NCBI GenBank assembly: GCA_964583375.1
Contig: CAZOWC010000001.1
Coordinates: 1 to 32,504, forward strand
Origin: an uncultured Flavobacteriaceae bacterium
GTDB taxonomy: Bacteria; Bacteroidota; Bacteroidia; Flavobacteriales; Flavobacteriaceae
DNA: 32,504 nucleotides
Direction: 5' to 3'
Shown one piece after another: positions 8,662 to 17,989 of the stretch; within the stretch, counting starts at the first letter, position 1, and every line of letters starts with the position of its first letter. The notes below the pieces were generated by a model. It worked only from the letters and a program-made list of their open reading frames with translations, made no database searches and was not told where the DNA came from. The translations under genes and the position numbers were made by a program.

Positions 8662-8683
8662 AATTTTTTATTTAAGATTTATA

Positions 8684-8691
8684 CAAAATTA
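8684..8691 (-). promoter_or_regulatory. candidate -7 box (TAATTTTG) for sod
   Basis: The plus strand reads CAAAATTA, so the minus strand reads TAATTTTG, a perfect TAnnTTTG. It lies 22 nt upstream of the sod ATG. Confidence 0.35.
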
Positions 8692-8757
8692 AAATTTCTT
8701 TTCTTAATTGGAGTCTAAGTTTTGAAAAGCATTACTTTTAAAAAGGCATCAATTTTA

Positions 8758-11700
8758 ATGAGTCATTCCAATTTTCATATCATCAATGCTTCAGCAGGTT
8801 CTGGTAAAACCTATACCCTGGTTTTGTATTACCTCCAAGAGCTTCTAGGGAGCAAATCACCTCGCCCTTATCGACAGATGCTTGGTCTAACGTTTACAAA
8901 TAAGGCAGTAAATGAAATGAAATCGAGGATACTAGAAGCCTTAGAGGATTTGTCAAAAGATTCCCCAAAGGACTTTCAACTTAAGACTTATCTCTTGGAT
9001 ACATTGCAAATAGACGCAATTGAATTGACCCAGAGAGCAGAGCAAATGCTCCGTAATATTGTCTATGAATACGGGAGTTTTGATGTGATTACTCTCGATA
9101 AATTTACCCATCGAATCGTGCGAACCTTTGCAAAAGAATTCGACCTTCCTCAAGATTTCGAGGTGGTATTGGACACAAAAAACATTTTGGAACAGGTCGT
9201 TCAGTCAATCATTAACCAAATAGGGGAGGATCCGTTTATTACCCAATTACTCCTAAAGTTAAGTCTTTCAAAAGTTCAAGAAGGTTTGAGTTGGGATGTT
9301 CAAACTGATTTGGATGATTTTGCCTTTTTATTGCTCAATGAAAACGACAGAATTCCCTTGGCAGATTTAAAAGAAAAAGACAGAATGGCTCACAAAAATG
9401 ATCAAGAGCAACTTGAAAGTACACTAAACGACACCCAAGAGAATATTAAAAACTTGGTTGTAGAATTTATAGAGTTATTGAATAAAAACTATCTAGAGCC
9501 TGAAGACTTTAAACGTCAAATTCTACACAAGCACTTAGATTTGATTCAAGAAGAATCTTATGAAAAACTATATACCAATCAGCTTGAATCCATGCTTAGA
9601 GGTGAGATTCTTATCTATAAAAAAGCTACTGATAACCATAAAAAGTTGTGTATAGATGAGCTGCTTCCAGATTTTTATACCTTGTTTTTAAAAATTAAAA
9701 AAGAAGTTGGGCATGCTCTTTTACTGAGCAAAACTATAAAATATTGGACACCAAGGTTGATCTTACAGCAGATAGAATTGGGATTAGAGCAACTCCAAAA
9801 AGAAAAAGAAATTAGATTACTCGGGGAATTTAATCACAAAATCAGTTCCCTAGTTCAAGCAGAAGAGGCACCCTATATCTATGCACGATTAGGGGAGCGT
9901 TATCGCCATTATTTTTTAGACGAATTTCAAGACACCTCTACACTCCAATGGTTTAACCTTATTCCTTTAATAGGGAATGCTCTGGAATCGGAGTCCTTAG
10001 CCGGAGAACAAGGATCTCTTATTTTGGTGGGAGACCCCAAACAGGCAATATACCGATGGCGTGGAGGAAATATCGGTCAATTCATCCATTTATTAAATAA
10101 GGATTCCAAGCCATTTCAGATAGAAGCAGAGTTTAAAAATTTAGAGATAAACTACCGATCTGATGAAGCCATCGTAGCTTTTAATAATACATTTTTTTCT
10201 TATGTAACCAATGCTTTGTCCACACCTGAAATTCAGTCCATTTATGGTGAAGCAAGTCGCCAGCAAATAAAAAAGTCTGGGGGATATGTTCAGATCAAAG
10301 CAATTCAAAAAGAAGGAAAACAGGAAGATAAGATCCCTTTTTATGTTGAGGAGACCATTGCCTCGGTAAAACAAGCTATGGATTTAAACTACGAGCAGAA
10401 AGATATTACTGTATTGGTTCGAGTGAGAAATCAAGCTGTAGCAATTGGTGAAGGACTGGTATCGCAAGGATACTCTATACTTTCATCAGACTCTTTAGCG
10501 GTAAGTAAGTCGGATAAGGTTCAACTGATAGTGGCAGTTCTTAAATTAATTCTAAAACCGAACAGCAGCGAACAGCACAAAATTATTTTTGATCAATTAT
10601 GGAAAACGACTAAACCTGCAAAAGAGGAATACCATACTACGGTAAGTAATTTGATCCACCTCTCTACTTCAGATTTTTTTGAAGGACTCAATACTGAATA
10701 CGGATCAAGTTTTAAACTCCATAAAGCTATTAGCTCTCCTTTGATTCAATTAATCGATTACATTGTTGCTTCTTTTCCATTTATAGATTGTAATGATCCT
10801 TTCGTCTCCACTTTTTTTGAGGACGTTTTTGAGTTTACAAGACAAGGGGGAGCTTCACTTATAAAGTTCCTAAAACATTGGGAGACACAATCGCAAAAAC
10901 TAACTCTTTCAACACCAGAAAGCCTCAATGCTATTAGGGTAATGACCATTCATCAGGCAAAGGGCTTGGAGTTTGCCGTTGTTATATTGCCCTTTATGGA
11001 TACCCTCCTCATCCCCAATGTCCGAGAGAAGATATGGTATCCGTTTCACGAATCACCTCTTGATAGCGTCAAGTGGGGATGGATCAATTTTTCAAACAAA
11101 CTTCCTCTTTTAGGTAAGCAAGGTGAAGCCTTGTACAATGAACAAAAAATTGCAAAAGAGTTGGATGCGCTTAATGTCTTATATGTAGCCCTAACCAGAG
11201 CAAAAAATCAATTATATATTATTACTCAAACAACTACTGATTCAGAACAACCTAAGACCTATGCCGATTTATTTGGTTGCTATGTTCGTGAACAGGGGAT
11301 TGATTTAGATGCTACTAGTTTCTTTGAGTCTGGGAGAGCAGTGCCTAAAAAATTAGCAGAAGAACATACGCTTGAAGGAGAGAAGATCAAATTAGAAATT
11401 GGAATTTCTGACGGGTGGAAAGATCATTTGATTGCTCCTAAAGTACAAACAAAAGAAGTTTTACTTGCTCAAAAAAAAGGGGTATTTGTCCACGAACTCC
11501 TATCAAAAATAACAGCTAAGGAAATGATTGACGAGGTAATAGCGGAAGAAAAAAAACTTGAAAAAGCTTCACAAACAGAGCTCATTGAATTAAAACAAAC
11601 CCTCAATCGAATTATTGATCACCCCAACCTAAAACAATTCTTTGATGGAACAGACAAAGTCCTCTGTGAACAAGAAATTTTAATCCCTGAAGGCCAAACA

Positions 11701-11895
11701 TTACGACCGGATAGAATTAATATAAGTAAGGAGGGGGAAGCTACAATATTAGATTATAAAACAGGTCGACCCAAGATTGAAGATAAAATACAACTAGAAT
11801 TTTACGTAGATGCATTGAATCAATTAGGATTTCAAAAGGTCAAATCAAAATTGGTCTACATTGATAGGGGAATAGAGGTCATCACCATTGAATAA
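8758..11895 (+). CDS. UvrD/Rep-family helicase with C-terminal PD-(D/E)XK nuclease (AddA/RecB-like subunit)
   Basis: Walker A NASAGSGKTY, motif II DEFQDTS, motif III VGDPKQAIYRWRGG, TIHQAKGLEF, and a C-terminal RPDRI...ILDYKTG nuclease motif. The ORF track begins at TTG 8722; I prefer ATG 8758. Confidence 0.8.
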   Translation: MSHSNFHIINASAGSGKTYTLVLYYLQELLGSKSPRPYRQMLGLTFTNKAVNEMKSRILEALEDLSKDSPKDFQLKTYLLDTLQIDAIELTQRAEQMLRNIVYEYGSFDVITLDKFTHRIVRTFAKEFDLPQDFEVVLDTKNILEQVVQSIINQIGEDPFITQLLLKLSLSKVQEGLSWDVQTDLDDFAFLLLNENDRIPLADLKEKDRMAHKNDQEQLESTLNDTQENIKNLVVEFIELLNKNYLEPEDFKRQILHKHLDLIQEESYEKLYTNQLESMLRGEILIYKKATDNHKKLCIDELLPDFYTLFLKIKKEVGHALLLSKTIKYWTPRLILQQIELGLEQLQKEKEIRLLGEFNHKISSLVQAEEAPYIYARLGERYRHYFLDEFQDTSTLQWFNLIPLIGNALESESLAGEQGSLILVGDPKQAIYRWRGGNIGQFIHLLNKDSKPFQIEAEFKNLEINYRSDEAIVAFNNTFFSYVTNALSTPEIQSIYGEASRQQIKKSGGYVQIKAIQKEGKQEDKIPFYVEETIASVKQAMDLNYEQKDITVLVRVRNQAVAIGEGLVSQGYSILSSDSLAVSKSDKVQLIVAVLKLILKPNSSEQHKIIFDQLWKTTKPAKEEYHTTVSNLIHLSTSDFFEGLNTEYGSSFKLHKAISSPLIQLIDYIVASFPFIDCNDPFVSTFFEDVFEFTRQGGASLIKFLKHWETQSQKLTLSTPESLNAIRVMTIHQAKGLEFAVVILPFMDTLLIPNVREKIWYPFHESPLDSVKWGWINFSNKLPLLGKQGEALYNEQKIAKELDALNVLYVALTRAKNQLYIITQTTTDSEQPKTYADLFGCYVREQGIDLDATSFFESGRAVPKKLAEEHTLEGEKIKLEIGISDGWKDHLIAPKVQTKEVLLAQKKGVFVHELLSKITAKEMIDEVIAEEKKLEKASQTELIELKQTLNRIIDHPNLKQFFDGTDKVLCEQEILIPEGQTLRPDRINISKEGEATILDYKTGRPKIEDKIQLEFYVDALNQLGFQKVKSKLVYIDRGIEVITIE

Positions 11896-11949
11896 ACCAA
11901 TAAACAAATTTTTAGTAACGAGTCGAACACTAGAATATAACACTCCAAC

Positions 11950-14679
11950 ATGCAGTCTTTTTTAAATGATATAGCGAAAACAATTGTAGAGTCCAAAAGG
12001 GAGCTGGATCAGATTAAAATTATTGTTCCCAGTATCCGCGCAGTTAAATTTTTAAAAGAGGCTTTAAAAAAAGAAATTAAAACTGCAGCTCTAGCACCAG
12101 AGATCTTAAGTATTGAAGGATTCATTTCCGAGCTGTCTGGTGTTCAAAAAATTTCTAGTATTGATTTGCTTTTTGAGTTTTACACTGTATACAAAGCGAA
12201 TACCCCTCTAGAAGGACAAAATTCATTGTGCCAATTTTTGAACTGGGCACCTTCATTACTGGTCGAGTTTAATGAAATTGATTCCCAATTGGTAGATGCA
12301 AAAACCATTTTTAGTTTTATGGGTGCCGTTGAAAAAATAGAGCAATGGGATCCTAAAAAACAAGGGGACTTAAGCAAACAATTTTTTAAATTCCAAGAAC
12401 ATATTCCACGTTATTACTCTGAATTGTATCGTGTACTTGTCAATCAACAAGCTGGATATTCAGGACTACAATACAGAGAAGCAACACAGAATCTTGGACA
12501 TTATATACAGTCTACCCTTTCTCAACATTTTTTTGTTGGGTTTAACGCCCTAACTAGAGCAGAAGAGACAATCATACAGGAATTGGTTGCAGAAGGTAAG
12601 GCGGAAGTTTTTTGGGATTTAGATAAATATTTTTATGAAGATAGCTCTCACAGTGCAGGCTATTTTATCAGAAAGTACAATAAAGAATGGACATTTTTAG
12701 ATCTAAATTTTACATTGAATTTTTCAAATCATTTTTCAAAAAGTAAGCAGATTGATATCATCAATGTGAGTAAAAACTTATCTCAAGCGAGAGCTGCCGT
12801 TCAACTTGCTGTGGAGACTTTCAAGGCTCATCCTAATGAGTCTGTAGTTTTAGTTTTAGGAGATGAGGGGATTTTACATACTGTATTAGCCACCATAGCT
12901 TCAGAAGAAGTTCCTTGGAATGCCTCCATGGGTTATCCATTGAAGGAACTTGGAGGGGTGAAAACTATTTTAAACCTATTTGAACTGCTCAAATTAAATG
13001 ACAAGGGAATATACCCTTTATCAACTGTTAGTGTACTAACCGAGGACCAAGCACTAGTTGGCTTGTTAGAGGCCTCAGGAATTTCACTAAAAAAGTTGGT
13101 AAAGAAATTACAACTACATCACAGTGCGCATTTTAATGCTCAGTCAATTTTGAGTCAATCAGACGTGGCAAGTCTTATTTTCAAACCTCTTGAAAGTCAA
13201 ATTTCTGGGTTAAATCGGTTGCTTAGGCTTTATCAAAGGATTAAATCATACCAAATTGAGCATAAATTTTCAAGCTTAGATATTCACTGCTCAGACCGCT
13301 GTATTGAGCTGCTAAAAAAACTTCAAAATCTAATAGAGTCCAATGAGGCTATAAAAAATTTACAAGATATCGAGCAGGTTTTTGTAAAACTTCTAGATAA
13401 AGAAACTTTAGATTTTTCTGGAGATCCGTTTAATGGGATTCAGATTATGGGTCTTTTAGAAACGCGTGTTTTAGATTTTGATCATGTGGTGGTTACCCAT
13501 GTCAACGAAGGAATTTTGCCTTTTGGGAAAACAGCTTTCTCTTGGATCCCATTTGATGTCCGTAAAAAGTTTGGGATGAACACTTTTATTGAACAAGATC
13601 ATTTATACGCCTATCATTTTTTTAGACTCTTACAACGATCAAAAAGTATCAGTTTGTTTTACAACGATGCAGCTGAAGGACTTTTATCGGGTGAAAAAAG
13701 TAGGTTTTTGGTGCAATTAGAATTTTTTAAACATCCAAACCATCAACTTGCTTTTAGACAGTTGGACTTTAATATTCAAATACCAAAGGCACCCATTAAA
13801 AAAGCCATTAAAACCCCTGGTGTACTTGATCAATTAAATGAAGTTGCCAGGGAAGGGTTTTCACCATCCTCACTGGCACTCTATATTAGAGACCCTTATC
13901 AGTTTTATGAACAGCGACTGCTGAAGATAAAACCAGATCAAGAATATGTGCCTGACATCAATGCCGCTGAGAAAGGAACAATTATTCACAAAATATTAGA
14001 TGACCTTTACAATCCCTATGTGGGAAAAGTGATGGAGGATACTTACTATAAAGAGATGCTTAAAAAACTGAGCCAAATGGTAAGTTCAGTGTTTAAAAAA
14101 CAGTATCAAAAAGAGACTCTAAAAACAGGAAAGAATTACTTGATAGTAGAGGTCACGAATCGGATTTTAAAAAGTTTTATTGAAAAGGAAAAAGCCTTTG
14201 TAAAAAGCGGAAATCAACTAGAAATAATTGGTTTGGAAAAGAGATTTCACACTCCTATTTCAATATCGGGATTGGATCAAACAGTCTATTTAAAAGGAAC
14301 TGTAGACCGCATTGATTCCCTAAATGGTAAGCGGCGCATAGTTGATTATAAAACAGGAAGTATTGGCACACCAGATTTAAGCTTTACAAATTGGGAAGAG
14401 TTGATTACGGAGCCCAAAAAAGGAGCACTTTTCCAAGTGGTTCTTTATGCCTATGCGTTAAAGAGTGAATTTCTATCTTTACCCTTAAACTGCGGAGTAA
14501 TTCCTTTAAAAAACTTTGAAAATAATTTTCTAGCAGTCAAAAAAAGAGACAGTACTGATAAGGGTCCGCTGGAAATCAATTCTCACTTACTCAGCGATTT
14601 TGAACAGCAGTTGTTTTCTTTGATTAAAGAGATTTTTGATCCTCAATTTCCCTTTGACCAAATGCCTTTAAAAAGTTAA
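11950..14679 (+). CDS. PD-(D/E)XK nuclease family protein (AddB-like partner subunit, no Walker A seen)
   Basis: 909 aa with the C-terminal nuclease motif GTVDRID...IVDYKTG...QVVLYAY. I found no GxxxxGK[ST] motif. It lies directly downstream of the AddA-like gene. Confidence 0.7.
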   Translation: MQSFLNDIAKTIVESKRELDQIKIIVPSIRAVKFLKEALKKEIKTAALAPEILSIEGFISELSGVQKISSIDLLFEFYTVYKANTPLEGQNSLCQFLNWAPSLLVEFNEIDSQLVDAKTIFSFMGAVEKIEQWDPKKQGDLSKQFFKFQEHIPRYYSELYRVLVNQQAGYSGLQYREATQNLGHYIQSTLSQHFFVGFNALTRAEETIIQELVAEGKAEVFWDLDKYFYEDSSHSAGYFIRKYNKEWTFLDLNFTLNFSNHFSKSKQIDIINVSKNLSQARAAVQLAVETFKAHPNESVVLVLGDEGILHTVLATIASEEVPWNASMGYPLKELGGVKTILNLFELLKLNDKGIYPLSTVSVLTEDQALVGLLEASGISLKKLVKKLQLHHSAHFNAQSILSQSDVASLIFKPLESQISGLNRLLRLYQRIKSYQIEHKFSSLDIHCSDRCIELLKKLQNLIESNEAIKNLQDIEQVFVKLLDKETLDFSGDPFNGIQIMGLLETRVLDFDHVVVTHVNEGILPFGKTAFSWIPFDVRKKFGMNTFIEQDHLYAYHFFRLLQRSKSISLFYNDAAEGLLSGEKSRFLVQLEFFKHPNHQLAFRQLDFNIQIPKAPIKKAIKTPGVLDQLNEVAREGFSPSSLALYIRDPYQFYEQRLLKIKPDQEYVPDINAAEKGTIIHKILDDLYNPYVGKVMEDTYYKEMLKKLSQMVSSVFKKQYQKETLKTGKNYLIVEVTNRILKSFIEKEKAFVKSGNQLEIIGLEKRFHTPISISGLDQTVYLKGTVDRIDSLNGKRRIVDYKTGSIGTPDLSFTNWEELITEPKKGALFQVVLYAYALKSEFLSLPLNCGVIPLKNFENNFLAVKKRDSTDKGPLEINSHLLSDFEQQLFSLIKEIFDPQFPFDQMPLKS

Positions 14680-14749
14680 AGCGTCTTTGATGAGGTAGAA
14701 TTAACCCATTTTTCTTTAAATTAGCATTACTCACTACTATTTTTATTTT

Positions 14750-15688
14750 ATGGCCAAAAAAGACGATTTTGACAAAATAGATGCCAATAAGGATGGGTTC
14801 ATTTCAAGAGAGGAATACGACAATGCGACTGAAACGGCAGGCGTTGAAAAAGAAAAACTCAATTGGTTTTTACGTCTAATTACTTTAGGTGATCGATTCG
14901 ATATTAAAGATTTTTGGGATAGAGTCAAAAAATCTGCTGTAGAATTTATAATACTTGTATTTGGTGTAACGGTCTCCTTTGGGATTGAACAGCAAGGAGG
15001 TGTTTCTGACAATAGAAATGACGGAATTGAAAATTTAGAAAATTTAAGGGAAGAAATAGATAAAATGATCATCTATACAGATCAATATATTGAAACAGTT
15101 GATTGGGTCACTGAATTATACCAAAAGCAATATAATAGGTGGGATAAAGATAATGATAGTGTTTTTATTGATTTTCAAGAAGATGATGAAGAGCCAGACG
15201 GTAAATATCATTTTTCTCCAATGGGAATGTATACTAATAGAGACCCCTTTAACCCTCCAAGAGTTAATTTTGACGCGATAAAGCTTGATGGAACCTTTCG
15301 ATTAATGCCTAAAGAAGTAGGTTTAATGATGACTGATATTTATGACGGAACTGAACTTAGATATTTGATAGAAAATACAGGTAAAAACGAAGAGCGTTAC
15401 GTGCAACAGTTTGTTGAGCGTATAGCAAATAAATGGGTGTATGATTTACCCTGGGTTGATGTGGATTATAATGAGTTCTGGATAGAAAACAGGAAGTATA
15501 TACAAGAGGATAAGTTTATAAAATACAACTTATATAAACGAATCGATCTGTGGGAATATAGCGTAAAAGAGCAATTACAGAATTACAAAACTTCTTTGAA
15601 TGAAGGTGCAAAAATGTTGGATTCAGTAATTGCGGTAAGAAATAGTGAATTTGAGTTAATATGGTGGGTGTTGAATCCTAAAGATTAA
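14750..15688 (+). CDS. membrane protein with an N-terminal canonical EF-hand Ca2+-binding loop and one predicted TM helix
   Basis: The DANKDGFISREE loop fits D-x-[DN]-x-[DN]-G-x-[ILV]-x-x-x-E. A hydrophobic segment AVEFIILVFGVTVSFGI follows. I cannot recognise a domain in the rest of the protein. Confidence 0.6.
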   Translation: MAKKDDFDKIDANKDGFISREEYDNATETAGVEKEKLNWFLRLITLGDRFDIKDFWDRVKKSAVEFIILVFGVTVSFGIEQQGGVSDNRNDGIENLENLREEIDKMIIYTDQYIETVDWVTELYQKQYNRWDKDNDSVFIDFQEDDEEPDGKYHFSPMGMYTNRDPFNPPRVNFDAIKLDGTFRLMPKEVGLMMTDIYDGTELRYLIENTGKNEERYVQQFVERIANKWVYDLPWVDVDYNEFWIENRKYIQEDKFIKYNLYKRIDLWEYSVKEQLQNYKTSLNEGAKMLDSVIAVRNSEFELIWWVLNPKD

Positions 15689-17148
15689 GAATCTTTTGTA
15701 ATAAGTTCCGCGACAAGTTTCCCTGAGATAAGTGCAGGGGGGACTCCTGGTCCAGGCACTGTGAGTTGTCCAGTAAAAAACAAATCACTTACTTTTCTAC
15801 TTTTGAGTTTAGGTCTTAAAAATGCTGTTTGCAATAATGTATTTGCCAATCCGTAGGCATTTCCTTTATAAGAATTGTATTCTTCTTTAAAGTCTTTAAC
15901 ACAAAACGATTCAGTAAACTCCACATGATTTTTTATTTTTTGCCCAGTGAGTTTTTCAAGTCGATTCATTACCAAGTCATAATAATGAGATCTTAATTCG
16001 GGAGTGTCCTCTATTCCAGGAGCAATAGGTATAAGTAAGAAACAAGCTTCTTTTCCTACTGGCGCCATAGAAGAGTCAGATACCGAAGGAAAATTCGCAT
16101 AAAAAAGTGGATTTTTAGGCCATTCGGGATGATCGTAAATCGCTGCTGCATGTATATCAAAATCAACATCAAAAAACAGATTATGATGGAAGACACCTTC
16201 AACTTTTTTATCCAAGCCGATATAAAACAAAAGAGAAGAAGGTGCAAAGACTTTTTTGTCCCAATAAGCCTCACTGTAAGCTCTGTAATTTTGATCCAAT
16301 AAGCTTTCAGTATGATGGTAATCAGCCCCCGATAAAACAATGTCTGCCCTGATTAATTTTCCATTAACAACAATCCCTTCTGCTTTTCCTGTTTCGTTTA
16401 CCTGAATTTTATCTACAGCAGCTTCAGTGTGGAATTTTACACCTAAGGATGTTGCTATACTCACTATACCTTCTACGATGCGATACATTCCATTTTTTGG
16501 GTGCCAAGTTCCCAACCCAAAATCAGCCCAATTCATAAAGTTGTAAAAAGAGGGAGTATTGGACGGTTTTGCCCCTAAGAATAATACAGGAAATTGAAGT
16601 ATTTGTCTCAGTTTTGGACTCTTAAATTGTTTGTATATATCCTTTTTTACATTACTGAGGAAGTAATTTATTTTTCGAATGGTTACAGGGGTTACCAATT
16701 CTAAGGGAGATAAGCCAGGGCGATAAACCAAATCCTTTATGGCAATATCGTAATTTTGTTTCGCGGAGTCCATAAAGCGTTTTAATTTGCTACTACTTCC
16801 CACTTCCTCTTTTTCAAATACATCATATATCTTTTCTAAAGAATCACCTATTGGAATTGCATCTTTTTCGCCAAAAACGACTTGATATCCAGGATCTAAC
16901 CGGTCTAATTCATATAGATCATCTGTTGTTTTTCCAAAATCGTTGTAAAATGATTCAAATACATCGGGCATCCAGTACCAGGACGGCCCCATATCAAAAG
17001 TAAATCCATCTTTTTTGAGTTGCCTAGCCCTTCCTCCTAAACTTTTATTTTTTTCAAATACGTTTACCTCAAAGCCAGCTTTTGCGAGATAAGATGCCGC
17101 AGCCAGGGAAGAAAACCCTGAACCGATTATCGTAATTTTTTTTTTCAT
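15685..17148 (-). CDS. crtI: phytoene desaturase
   Basis: MKKKITIIGSGFSSLAAASYLAKAGFEVNVFEKNKSLGGRARQL...FDMGPSWYWMPDVFE, a typical CrtI FAD-binding N-terminus. The ORF track starts at TTG 17169; ATG 17148 is the more likely start. Confidence 0.88.
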   Translation of the reverse strand: MKKKITIIGSGFSSLAAASYLAKAGFEVNVFEKNKSLGGRARQLKKDGFTFDMGPSWYWMPDVFESFYNDFGKTTDDLYELDRLDPGYQVVFGEKDAIPIGDSLEKIYDVFEKEEVGSSSKLKRFMDSAKQNYDIAIKDLVYRPGLSPLELVTPVTIRKINYFLSNVKKDIYKQFKSPKLRQILQFPVLFLGAKPSNTPSFYNFMNWADFGLGTWHPKNGMYRIVEGIVSIATSLGVKFHTEAAVDKIQVNETGKAEGIVVNGKLIRADIVLSGADYHHTESLLDQNYRAYSEAYWDKKVFAPSSLLFYIGLDKKVEGVFHHNLFFDVDFDIHAAAIYDHPEWPKNPLFYANFPSVSDSSMAPVGKEACFLLIPIAPGIEDTPELRSHYYDLVMNRLEKLTGQKIKNHVEFTESFCVKDFKEEYNSYKGNAYGLANTLLQTAFLRPKLKSRKVSDLFFTGQLTVPGPGVPPALISGKLVAELITKDS

Positions 17149-17207
17149 AACACAGCCAAAAATAACCAAAAATAAAGTGTCTGCCTCTATTACTCAGTAT
17201 TGGATAA

Positions 17208-17927
17208 TCATTTTACTGCCCATTCTATCCCTCGTATCATTAAATTCCATACTTCTGGGACATCAAAGATATCTTCTGAGTGACCTAAAGCAGAATAAAA
17301 AACACGACCCTTGCCGTAGTTTTTTTTCCAAACTACAGGCATTTCAACTCCGTCTATCCAAGCATCGTGCTCTCCACTAAAAGAAGTTGTTGCTAAAATT
17401 TCAATATTGGGATCAAAATGCATGTAATACTGCTCTGTTTTTAAATTAAAATCATTTATTCCGGCTGTAACGGGATCAGAAGTATTGGAGATGGTTACCT
17501 TATAATCAGTTTGCCCTCCAGGGTGTTTTACAAATTGACCACCAACCATATATTGATATTCGGTATCATTTCTAAAGGAGTCACCTAATCCGCCGTGGCA
17601 GCCAGCAAGACCAACACCCCGAGCAATGGCATCTCTTAAACCCCTAGATTCTCTGTTGCTCATTTTACTCATAGTGATATGTTGTATTACTAAATCGAGG
17701 GATTGCATGAGCTCTTTTTCCACATATGACGCAGTGCTTTCTGAAAGGGTAACATTGGCTCTTTGGTTTTCAAGCCAAGAGGCTATTTTTTTTGCAAAAA
17801 CTTCAGGTTGATGCCCGTTCCAACCGCCGTAAACGATTAGTACATTCTTCCCTTCCATGGAGGATTGAGAATAAAGTGAAGAGGAAAAAAGGCAAATTAA
17901 TACGAAGGGAGCGAAGCGTGTTTTCAT
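17208..17927 (-). CDS. ThuA-domain protein with N-terminal signal peptide
   Basis: 239 aa with a hydrophobic leader MKTRFAPFVLICLFSSSLYSQ, followed by VLIVYGGWNGHQP...GCHGG...VVWKKNYGKGRVFYSALGH, which resembles the ThuA family. Confidence 0.7.
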   Translation of the reverse strand: MKTRFAPFVLICLFSSSLYSQSSMEGKNVLIVYGGWNGHQPEVFAKKIASWLENQRANVTLSESTASYVEKELMQSLDLVIQHITMSKMSNRESRGLRDAIARGVGLAGCHGGLGDSFRNDTEYQYMVGGQFVKHPGGQTDYKVTISNTSDPVTAGINDFNLKTEQYYMHFDPNIEILATTSFSGEHDAWIDGVEMPVVWKKNYGKGRVFYSALGHSEDIFDVPEVWNLMIRGIEWAVK

Positions 17928-17989
17928 GTGTTAAACAATTTAAACTTTAAGAAAATAAATTTCGCTAACTAATAAAATTTAATATAAAA

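Noticed and set aside
8722-8757. Upstream TTG/GTG starts offered by the ORF track: 8722 for the AddA-like gene, 17169 for crtI, 18990 for the crtA-like gene and 3748 for purN
   Set aside because: In each case an ATG a few codons downstream coincides with where family similarity begins, and the extensions look non-homologous. I moved the starts to 8758, 17148, 19032 and 3751. Confidence in the exact start is moderate.
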